Below, piece after piece: positions 11,799 through 20,000 of a DNA stretch of 20,000 nucleotides. The notes under the pieces were generated by a model. That model did not search any database. It saw only the letters and a list, made by a program, of their open reading frames with translations, and was not told the origin of the DNA. The first letter of the stretch is position 1. Every line of letters begins with the position of its first letter. This stretch comes from Lama guanicoe (taxonomy: Eukaryota): NCBI GenBank assembly GCA_013239625.1, contig MU053722.1, positions 54,234-74,233 of the forward strand, written 5' to 3'. The position numbers and the translations under genes are program-made.

Positions 11799-12234
11799 TA
11801 ATTTTTCTTCTATCTCCTAGAGTTCAGGATCTTTTTCTCCACTTCAACTATATTTATTTTGTACTTAATACTGTGTTGATATTACAGTGAAATCGTTAAT
11901 CTTTTAAATAAAAAGCGGGTGAACAAGTACCACCTTTTTCCAAACTATGTAAGTGTAGGCCAGAGGGGAGAAATAATTAAAAGCAACATTGAATGTAGAT
12001 CCATTTCTGTCAACAAAAAGAATGAGAAAATCTTCTTGAGAAGATGGCTTTTTGAATTGTAACATATTTTACATTTCCAGAAGTTTTTTTTTTTTTAGAA
12101 ATTAAAAAGAAGGTACTCTGTACTCGGTCCTCTGAAAGGAGATGTAGAAACAAAGTGATTCTCTTGTTGAGAGATAAGCAGTTAAGAGAAAGTTTAGGTC
12201 TGGTGGCAACACATTCTCTTAGCGTCCCTTCTCT

Positions 12235-12960
12235 GAGAATTACATGATTTCTTCTTCATTCTGGAATGTTTTCCTGCATATAGAATTCTAGATTAATAGT
12301 TCTTGTCTTTCAGGCACTTAAAAAACTGTGCTAGCTACTTCTGATTGCAGTGGTTTCTGGTGGGAAGTTTGGTGTCATTCAAGTTATTTTCCCCCATATG
12401 TAAGTACTGTCTCACTCAAAGTACTTCTAAAAATTTTTTCTTGGTCTTTAGTTTTCAGAATTTTGACAAATCATGTGTCTTGGTGTGGTTTCTTTGAGTT
12501 CATTCTGTTTGGCATTTGTTCAGTTTCTTGAATCTGTAAGATTATGTCTCTTGCTGAATTCTGGAAGTTTTCAGTTCAGTATTCAAATACATTTTCAGCC
12601 CCACCCTTTTCTTCTGTTTTTCCAGGATTCTGATGACACAGATGTCAGATATGTAGTTTAAGTCCCACATGTTCCTGAGACTCTGCTTTCTTTGTTTGTT
12701 TTCAGTCTGTTATCTTACTTTTGTTTAGATTGGATGATTTCTGTTTTCTTCAAGTTCACTGATTCTTTCCTCTGTATACCTCATTCTGCTGTTGAGCCAG
12801 TCCATCAATCTTTTAAAAAATTAATCTATTTTTATTTATAAAATTCAATTTAATTTTTCTTCTATTTCATTGCTAAAACTTTGTTTTTGTTCATTTGTCT
12901 TAAGCATTTTAATAATTCATTACAACATCTTTATAATAGATGCTTTGGCATCCTTGAAAG
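12235..12960 (-). mobile_element. Old L1 (L1M/L1MC/L1MD-like) ORF1 region
   Basis: TATAGAATTCTAG..., ATGTGTCTTGGTGTGGTTTCTTTGAGTTCATTCTGTTTGG...TTCTTGAATCTGTA and TCAAGTTCACTGATTCTTTCCTCTG...CATTCTGCTGTTGAGCC are characteristic antisense L1M ORF1 blocks. Confidence 0.85.
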
Positions 12961-12969
12961 GTCATTTTA

Positions 12970-13347
12970 ACCTAAATGTACATTGACACATAAATGGATA
13001 AAGAAATTTTGTGGTATATATGTATAACAGAATATTATTTAGTTTCAAAAAATAAAATGATCCTACCATTCATGACAACATGGATGACCTGGAGGACATT
13101 ATGCTAAGTGAAATAAGCCATATATAGAAATCAAAACTATGTGGTCTGACTTATACACAGAATTTGAAAATGTCAAATACATAGGAGCACATATTTGAAT
13201 GGTGGTGGGGTGGGGAAGCTAGGAAGATATAAAATTGCAGTTATAAAGAATGAATAAATCTAGAGATTGAATGTGCATGATGAATATACTTAGTAATACT
13301 ATATATACTGCATCCTAGAAATTTGTTAAGAGAGTAGATTTCAAGTA
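12970..13347 (+). mobile_element. L1MA-like ORF2 end and 3' UTR fragment
   Basis: AATGGATAAAGAAA..TGTGGTATATA, ACAACATGGATGACCTGGAGGACATTATGCTAAGTGAAATAAGCCA and AAATTTGTTAAGAGAGTAGATTT. Confidence 0.88.
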
Positions 13348-13451
13348 AGGAGTACACATGTGAAAATTGAGAAGGTAGCAGTGGATGATGTCATCCAGTG
13401 TCAGAAGAAAATATTGTCCAAAACAGAAGACCTACTTAAAAATAAGCAGAG

Positions 13452-13627
13452 TATGGGGGGAGCTCAGTGGTAGAGTGCATGTCATGCATGAAGTCCTGAG
13501 TTCAATCCACAGTACTGCCATTAAAAAAAATGAATAAACAAACAAACAAACCTAATTAGCCCTCCCAAAAAAGATAAAGCTAAATAACTTTGATTTAAAA
13601 AAAAAGAATTTCAAAAAAAAAAAAAAA
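13452..13627 (+). mobile_element. tRNA-derived SINE, camelid Vic-1-like, with A tail and TSD
   Basis: A box AGCTCAGTGG (13461-13470), B box GAGTTCAATCC (13498-13508), AAACCTAATTAGCCCTCCC body and poly(A). TSD AAAAATAAGCAGAG (13438-13451) vs AAAAAAAAGCAGAG (13620-13633), at a TT/AAAA site. Confidence 0.88.
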
Positions 13628-13757
13628 GCAGAGAGAAAGAAACTAGAAAAAATATTATTATTATTATTTAGTTTGGCAAGGCTGTACTTGAAACATAGAG
13701 ATAGTACCTGACATCTAAGCAAAATTGTTGTAGTAAAATGTTCCACTGTAGAACTTA

Positions 13758-13793
13758 CTTAGATAATCAGACTTAGATAACTTCCTTAGATAA
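13758..13793. repeat. Three copies of CTTAGATAA
   Basis: Exact 9-mers at 13758, 13772 and 13785. Confidence 0.9.
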
Positions 13794-14834
13794 TTGAGGT
13801 GCCCCCTCACATATCTATATTGGTCTTTTTTTCTTAAAATGAGATATTTCTCCAATGTTGAGTTGACTCATGTATTTTGAATAAAAGCTTTTAATAGATA
13901 GCTGGTTTCTACAGTGCTGTCTTTGAAGAGTACCCAAGCACAGCCCTTGTAATTGCAGACACATGACTCATGACTAATCAGCACAGTAGATCCACATTTG
14001 AACCAGCTCACCAGTGACCCAGAAGCCTGTTAGAGCTAAGTCCGTATAACAGGGTGTTAACTTCCCTACAGCTCTTTGGAATTGAAGTGCTGTCCGGTAG
14101 TCATTAATTTTCATTATTCTTGATTAAATAGTTCTATTGAGAAGTGCATGAAAAATATGAGGTAAAATTAGGCTTTGGGAATTCCTACAGATTTTTTTTT
14201 TTGCAGACTTTTCAGCACTGTATATTATATACGCAAACTGAGGCTCATTCTTTTTGATTATCTTTAGAGATAAAATTTTTTTTGTTCAGTTCTGTTTTCT
14301 GTAATTCATGCATGAAGAAAAATCAAAATGACAATTGCTTGCATTCAATGTGGAAGAATATTGGATACTTTGGAGCAGACATTTTATCAAAGTTGAAAGG
14401 CTTTTCCAGCAGCATGAGTCCCTGTCATTTTTGGTTGGCACTGTCTCACATTTAGATATCTCACATTTTTGGGAGGTGCAGCACCATTGAATATGCTTTG
14501 ATTCTCATTTAGACATCAAGTTTTAAGTCTCAATAATAATTTCACCACAAAAAAAGGAGTACTGCCTTAAAATTCTCTACTAATAAATGCATAAGACATG
14601 GAACAAATGAAGATTTAAAATGCACATTAACTGCATCCTGAATTTAGTAACACTGCATCTTAATACCAGATGCTAAAATCAAACAGAGCTGCTTTGTGAA
14701 AGTGGAAATTGAATATATGATCACATGTCTAAATTTCTTGTTACTCACTGTAAAGATTAATAATGAAATTCAAAAGAAGAAACAAACATTCTGAAACAGC
14801 ATCAGCATATGCTGTGATGACCTCTGTATTCTCT

Positions 14835-15353
14835 TGCCCCACTGCAGGGGGCCAGCTCCACACACCACACAAACAAAAGATGCAGCTGGGTCTCACAGAC
14901 AGTTGTGCGGGGGGCCAGCCTGACACATCAGTGTGTCTGCAGCAGACACAGCTGGACCTCGCAGCCAGCCAGGCCAAAGCCTGCCCTTCCTTACAGTGTC
15001 CCCAGAAGAGTCACCTCCCCAGCTAGCAGGCCTGGTGGGCAGCCAGCACACCCCCAGCAGTTACAGCCTAATCACAACAGGAGGGTGCATGCGGCCCAAC
15101 CAGGAGATAACCTGTGAGCACCTGGCTCTTTAACCAGGGGGGACTGTGCCCCTGGGTCCCACAGATCACCTCGTATGTACAGCCACACTTTCAGGGCCAG
15201 GAGACATAGCTAACATATCCAGAAACAAACAGTTAAGCAAAATGAGGAGACAAAATACCTTCCAAACAAAAGGACAAGACAAATCTCCAAAAAAAGAACA
15301 AAATCAAGTGGAGATAAGCAACTGACCAGATGAAGAGTTCAAGGTTAATAATC
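14835..15353 (+). mobile_element. Old L1 5' UTR (L1M2/L1M3-like) plus start of ORF1, decayed
   Basis: GC-rich region with degenerate ~60-70 bp units (GGGGGCCAGC...CAGCTGG..CTC.CAG). ATG at 15242 gives MRRQNTFQTKGQDKSPKKEQNQVEISN*PDEEFKV, an L1 ORF1p-like N-terminus with an in-frame stop. Confidence 0.88.
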
Positions 15354-15624
15354 ACCTACTATTTCACCTACCTAACATGCTCAGAGTTTCTCTTTCTCTA
15401 CAGACTTCTCAAGGCAGAAATTAATAGTGTACCTCTGAGAAATCAGTAGTGCCAGGAGGCCTGTGTTGAAGAAAATTCTGAGTCCCATCTGTATTCAGTG
15501 CAATAGAGTTTTGTGAATTTTTTTCAGTCTTCACCCTTAATGCCTGCAAGTGGAAAAGTGTCACTTGAGGGTATGTTCATAGAGAGTACATGATGAAAGG
15601 CTAAGATAGTATTTTCAGAGCTTT

Positions 15625-15830
15625 GAAATTGGGTGATTTTAGTTTCTAAGCCTGGATCTGTGAATTACTACTAACTGTGTATCCTTGACAAGCTAGTTTG
15701 ACTCCTGGTCCCCTGGTTTTCTCATCCATTAAGTTCACTAATAATGCCCGCTGAAGAGGTTTAGTGTACACACAAATGAAAGGAGTCATGTGTGGAAAAT
15801 TTAGAGAAGTGCTTTATGTGTGAAAAGTGA
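15625..15830 (+). mobile_element. MIR SINE
   Basis: CCTGGATCTG..ACTAACTGTGTATCCTTGACAAG..GTTTTCTCATCCATTAAG..TAATAATGCC matches the MIR core. Confidence 0.75.
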
Positions 15831-15831
15831 A

Positions 15832-15873
15832 AAATATATATGGTTGATGTTGAAATATATATGGTTGATGTTG
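15832..15873. repeat. Perfect 21-bp tandem duplication
   Basis: AAATATATATGGTTGATGTTG at 15832-15852 and 15853-15873. Confidence 0.95.
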
Positions 15874-15959
15874 TTTTTGTATCTACTGACCACTCAGCCA
15901 CTATCTCTTCTTCCTCTGTGCTGTCAGAGTGCTTGAACCATAGCTTATACATGCCTTCC

Positions 15960-16105
15960 ACATGGATTTCTGAAACTCTGAACTTCTCTAGGTTAGAACC
16001 TGCATCTTACTCTTTAGTGTATTTCCAGCAGCTGTCTCGGTGCCAGGCATGTAGAAACACTCAATAAATCTTGAATAATTGACTAAATAAAATAACAAAG
16101 GAATG
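15960..16105 (+). mobile_element. L2 3' terminus
   Basis: GTATTTCCAGCA..GGTGCCAGGCATGTAGAAACACTCAATAAATCTTGAATAATTGA. Confidence 0.75.
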
Positions 16106-16854
16106 ACCGACTATATACTTAGATCTGGCTCAAACCCTCTCTCGGTCACAGGATTTTCCCTGTGATGCAGTTTGTTCAAATGTATCTTTCTTCCATCTTA
16201 ATGGCAGTCCTTATTATAGATTTTCATTGCAATATACAATTAAAGGTATGTACTTTTCCTTTAAAGTAAAAAAATGAGGGGACAGAAACTTCATGAATTC
16301 ATCTTTGTACTTGTTATTGTCACACATAAACCTAATGAGGGAGAAGGCATTAAACAAAGAAGTATTATGCAAAACAGAATTATATGTGTATTGTAATAAT
16401 AATATGGAAATCAGGCAAAGCACTCTGGAATAACAGAAGGGCCCATTGATTTTGACTGGAGATCTGAGGAAAACTACACTTAATTTTAGCATTTGAAAAA
16501 ACTTTGAGGCAAGAGTACAGATTTGATAGCAGAAATGAGAGAGAGTTCATTCTTTCATTCCCTTTCTTGAAATACATATTATTGTGATAAAATGTCTTTA
16601 TTTTTCAAAATATTTAGTGTGATTTATGTTATCTTTCTCTCATAAATACGGGTTAGTATTTGGGTGAAGAAATCAATAAATGGATACATGTCCCATTTCT
16701 TCCTCCAGTTTCTTTCTCAGAAGTAAATGTCATGGTGGGATAGTGCAGCATACAAGAACACATATTGTATGGTTTTATATTTCCTAATAGAAATACGGCT
16801 ATTATTTGAATAGTGACAATTTCCTCAAAACGATGTTATACAAATACTTGATTT

Positions 16855-18063
16855 AAAATTTTTTATTGAAATACACAATGTACAGGATGGAAAACATATG
16901 CATAAAATGCGTATAGCTTCTTTAATTTTCACAGTGTTAACGCAACTGTGTGAGAATCTCTCACATCAAAATATAGAAAATCACCATGAAAACCAGAAAT
17001 ATTTCCTGTGCGCCTTCCTTGGCATTATGCCCCCAAAGAACTGTTATTCTGAATTCTGTCAGCAGTGATGAGTTTTTCTTGGTTTTGGAATTTCCATTGA
17101 TGAAATCGTATAGTGCTTATTCTTGATTCTGACTTCTTTCACTGATGATTATAATTTGAAATTAATCTGTGTTGTTGCATGTAGCAGTGATCTGTGAGGG
17201 TCATCCATGCTGTTGCACATAGTGGGGATTTACTACTTTAGGTTACTAAACAATGTTACATATGAACATAGGTCACAATTTATTTGTCCATTCTATTGTT
17301 GATGGAATTTGTGGTATTTCCAGTTTGGTGCTATTACAAATAATGCTGGTTTCACAATTTTATGCATGTCTTTTGATGTAAAGTTATGTAGGAGTGAATT
17401 TGGCATATAATAGGATATGCATACATTGAACTTAATATTTTTAAAATGGTTGCACCAGTTTACAAACCTGCCAATAATAAATGTAATTCCAATCACACTA
17501 TATCCTCACCAACACTTTTTTTCTTTTTAGTTGAGGTGGGATATATAGGTAAATAGTTGTGGTTGTGACTAATAATGTTGAATATCTTTTAGTAGGTGTG
17601 TTGCAGTTTTAATATCTTCTGTTGAAAAGCATTTTCTAGTCATTCTCCCGTTTTCTTATTGCACAGTCTGTCCTTTCTCATTAATCTGTGGCAATCTTTA
17701 TATGCTAATGTATATGAATCTTCGGTCTGAGATATATGTTCTAAATATTTTATTCTCTGGTTTGTACTTTCAGTCTCTTAATTGTAACATATTTTACAAA
17801 TTCAAATTCGAATTTAAATAAGATCTATTTAATTAATACTTTCCTTCATTATTAATTTGTTGCTCTTTTATTTTTATCTTAAAAAAATTGTTGTTTGTCC
17901 CAAAGTAAGCAGAAGATATTCTTCTATAATTCTTTTGGAAAAATTACTTTATTTTTTCCACTTAGGACTACAACTCAACTGGATTTTTTTTTTTTTCGTG
18001 TGTGTGGCATAGGATAAGAGTCCAGGCCCATTTTTACTTATCTGAATATTCAGTTGATCCAGC
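16855..18063 (-). mobile_element. Ancient L1ME-like element, 3' UTR and ORF2 end (part left of the LTR insertion)
   Basis: TTTTTTATTGAAATA terminus, then CATCCATGCTGTTGCA, TCCATTCTATTGTTGATGGA..TTTCCAGTTTGG.GCTATTACAAATAATGCTG, GGTTGCACCAGTTTACA and ATCCTCACCAACACTT. Confidence 0.88.
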
Positions 18064-18255
18064 ATAAACTGTGGGAGCCCATGATTGGGTTAACAAATTG
18101 TAACAGACCACAGCCGCTTCTGGGCTGGTGGTCCACTTTAACATATTTATAAGAATGTATATTATTCCCCTCTCCCCATGACTTCCCTAAAGGTAAACTG
18201 TAGGCCCCCAAAGAAATGAGTCTTGGGCTGGAATGATAAGTTATAAAAAGCTGCA

Positions 18256-18341
18256 GACTCGGAGGTGAAAAGGCTGGTTAGCCAATGACGGGTAAGACCC
18301 CCAGAGGGGGGCAACCTAAGACAGGCACAGCTACCTGAGTC
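18256..18341 (+). other. Half-CTE (NXF1/TAP-binding RNA export element-like hairpin)
   Basis: AGCCAATGACGGGTAAGA (18280-18297) and CAACCTAAGACAGGCACAGC (18312-18331) match the recalled MPMV/SRV CTE loop strands. They are held together by nested complementary stems. Confidence 0.8.
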
Positions 18342-18490
18342 CAAGAAAAATGTTAAAGCAGCTACTTCTCAGACGTTTTGCCCTGATATGCTGTAAGGCT
18401 CGTTGATGTCAATACAAATATGACTTGCTAAAACCTAGAGGGCCTTCTGACCTTGAGCTAGACTCTACACTAAATCCCACCCTGTCTTTC

Positions 18491-18570
18491 CCTAAATTCC
18501 TGCATTCCATCTTACAATGCTCAGTGATTTCCTAAATTCCTGCTTTCCATGTCACAATGGTCAATGGTTT
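18491..18570. repeat. 40-bp tandem direct repeat inside the LTR (U3 enhancer-like)
   Basis: CCTAAATTCCTGCATTCCATCTTACAATGCTCAGTGATTT vs CCTAAATTCCTGCTTTCCATGTCACAATGGTCAATGGTTT, 34/40 identical. Confidence 0.9.
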
Positions 18571-18741
18571 CTCCTTTGATTGTAGACAATAAATGTGGGA
18601 GCAATTGAGATGTTCGGGAAGTTGGCTTCTGACTCCCTCTCGCTCTCTTGACTTTTTCCATAGAGTCTTGAGTAATTCATTCCGTTTCGGTGGGACTTCT
18701 GCTGGCCAGAACCCACGGGTGGTGACGAACCCACAATAAAT

Positions 18742-19810
18742 AGTGGCGATTATCGTTGTGAAGAAGTGACTATATATGCAGATTTGTATGTGTACAAGTA
18801 GGTCTGACACTTTGTTCTATCAGTCTGCTCTTTAATTCTTATTTCACCGATGCTTTTAATTATCATAAACTGGAAATAAGTCTCTACAACAGGTAGTGCA
18901 AATCCTTTAACTTTGTTATCCCTCACAAGGGTGTCTTCACTGTTCTTGCCATTTGCATTTCCGTATGTCTTAGATTTATTTTGTCAGTTTTCTCAGGCAA
19001 AAAAAAAAAACTGCGAATTTTATTTTAAATTGCTTTGGATCCATAGATGAATTTTAAAAGAATGAACATTTTTATAATGAATCTTTCTATTTATAAAAAG
19101 GATAAATTTAGGATAAATTTTCAATTTATTTAGATTTTTTAATGCTTCTCAGAAATATATTTCAGTTTTCTAAGAAGTTTTCCACGTCTTAATTGCTAAT
19201 TCCAAACATGGTTTGATATTTTTAGTACTATTACAAATGAATTCTTTTATTAGATCTTCTAATAGCTTGTTGCTGATGTATAGAAATGCAATTTAATTTT
19301 GTATATTGGCATTGTATCCAGAGATTGTGCTAAATTTATTTAATAGTTCTAATAGTTTACATGTATACTCTTGGGATTTTTTTATATAAACAGTAATGCC
19401 TGTGTTAAGACAGTTTTATTTCTCCTCTCTTTGTCATACTTGTATTTTTTTATGTTGCCAAAATAACATAAAATATAAATAATGTTAATAAATAGACTTC
19501 TCTAATTTCCTGCAGTGAGATTCCACTATTCTCTCTTTTAATGTGGTACTTCGTATAAATACTCATTTATTAAATGAAGGATCACCCCTACTTATCTTGG
19601 CTACCCTGATTTTTGGTGTGGCTTATTTTAATTTTGTTTCCTTGAACCATGATTGAGTGCTGAATTTTATCAAATATATTTATGCATTAAATACAAATTT
19701 TCTCATTTGGTCTCCTAAGTAGTGAGGTGCATGATAGGTTTTTAAACATTTAAATACACTTGCATCCTGAAATCAACTGTAGTTGACTTTTATTTGAGGT
19801 ATTAGTTCTT
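18742..19810 (-). mobile_element. Ancient L1ME-like ORF2 (continuation after the LTR)
   Basis: AACTTTGTT..TTGCATTTCC.TAT, TTGTTGCTGATGTATAGAAATGCAATTTAATTTTGTATATTG..TTGTATCCAG and TGCTGAATTTTATCAAAT are antisense L1 ORF2 blocks collinear with the left part. Confidence 0.88.
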
Positions 19811-20000
19811 CAAGTCCTGGCTGCCTTGGTAATAAGTCAGTGAGATTGCTACAAACTGAAGGTTTCTGCTTTCTGACAGCCAAAATTACCGAGGGGAAAA
19901 AAAAAGCCTGCAAAAATATAGGTCACCTCAATGTGTTTTCTTCTCCTTAATTCTTGGCCTGAGTACTGACTACCCACCAGTGCCTTCGAACACAGATTTG
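19811..20000 (-). mobile_element. Possible L1ME/HAL1-type 5' end fragment
   Basis: GAGGGGAAAA..GCCTGCAAA..TAGGTCACCTCAATGTGTTTTCTTCTC..TTCTTGGCC..TGCCTTCGAACA resembles antisense L1ME 5' sequence. Confidence 0.55.

Larger units (their letters stand above)
18070..18735 (+). mobile_element. Solo LTR, probably ERVK/betaretrovirus-like (666 bp)
   Basis: Inverted termini TGTGGG (18070)...CCCACA (18735). 6-bp TSD ATAAAC (18064-18069) / ATAAAT (18736-18741). Interrupts the L1ME, is higher in GC with ~11 CpGs, and has TATAAAA at 18242 and AATAAA at 18588. Confidence 0.9.

Noticed and set aside
13455..13520. Possible tRNA gene
   Set aside because: A and B boxes are present, but there is no intact cloverleaf, and it has a SINE body, poly(A) and TSD.
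14741..15133. Cluster of ORFs in a GC-rich patch, suggesting an exon or CpG island
   Set aside because: Explained by the decayed L1 5' UTR; few CpGs remain.
15679..15686. GTATCCTT, a U12-type donor-like motif
   Set aside because: It falls within the MIR core (mutated GTGACCTT) with no associated exon.
17160..17226. Degenerate ~35-bp duplication (ATCTGTGTTGTTGCATGTAG / ATCCATGCTGTTGCACATAG)
   Set aside because: An old duplication inside the L1ME 3' UTR with no sign of function.
18742..18755. AGTGGCG after the LTR, resembling a tRNA primer-binding site
   Set aside because: It lies beyond the TSD, does not continue as a tRNA 3' complement (no TGGCGCCC), and fits the resumed L1ME sequence. The element is therefore a solo LTR.
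18162..18810. Minus-strand ORFs of 60 and 92 aa over the LTR
   Set aside because: Non-ATG or chance starts, antisense to the LTR, no resemblance to retroviral accessory proteins, and one crosses the LTR boundary.
1..20000. Prokaryotic systems (CRISPR arrays, operons, defence loci)
   Set aside because: No regularly spaced repeat-spacer array or long ORF is present; the window is mammalian repeat-rich DNA.

Overview
This is AT-rich, CpG-depleted mammalian intronic or intergenic DNA, most likely from a camelid (alpaca, llama or camel). That assignment rests on a tRNA-derived SINE of the camelid Vic-1 type and camelid/cetartiodactyl-like L1 3' ends, recognised by eye. No protein-coding exon could be supported; the listed ORFs are chance or L1-derived. 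The window is a mosaic of L2, MIR and old L1 (L1ME/L1M/L1MA-like) fragments plus younger insertions with target-site duplications (TSDs): an L1 3' end, a 5'-inverted L1, a SINE, and a 666-bp ERVK-like solo LTR nested in an old L1. There is also a 115-N assembly gap. The most interesting signal is inside the solo LTR: an ~86-nt hairpin (18256-18341) carrying both strands of the NXF1/TAP-binding loop of the type D retroviral constitutive transport element (a half-CTE). Secondary signals are a CpG-retaining, motif-dense unique segment at ~8430-8620 that also forms a 68-nt minus-strand exon candidate with stops in all frames, and a GATA/AP-1 cluster at 13758-13977. All repeat family names come from recalled consensus sequences, not from a search.
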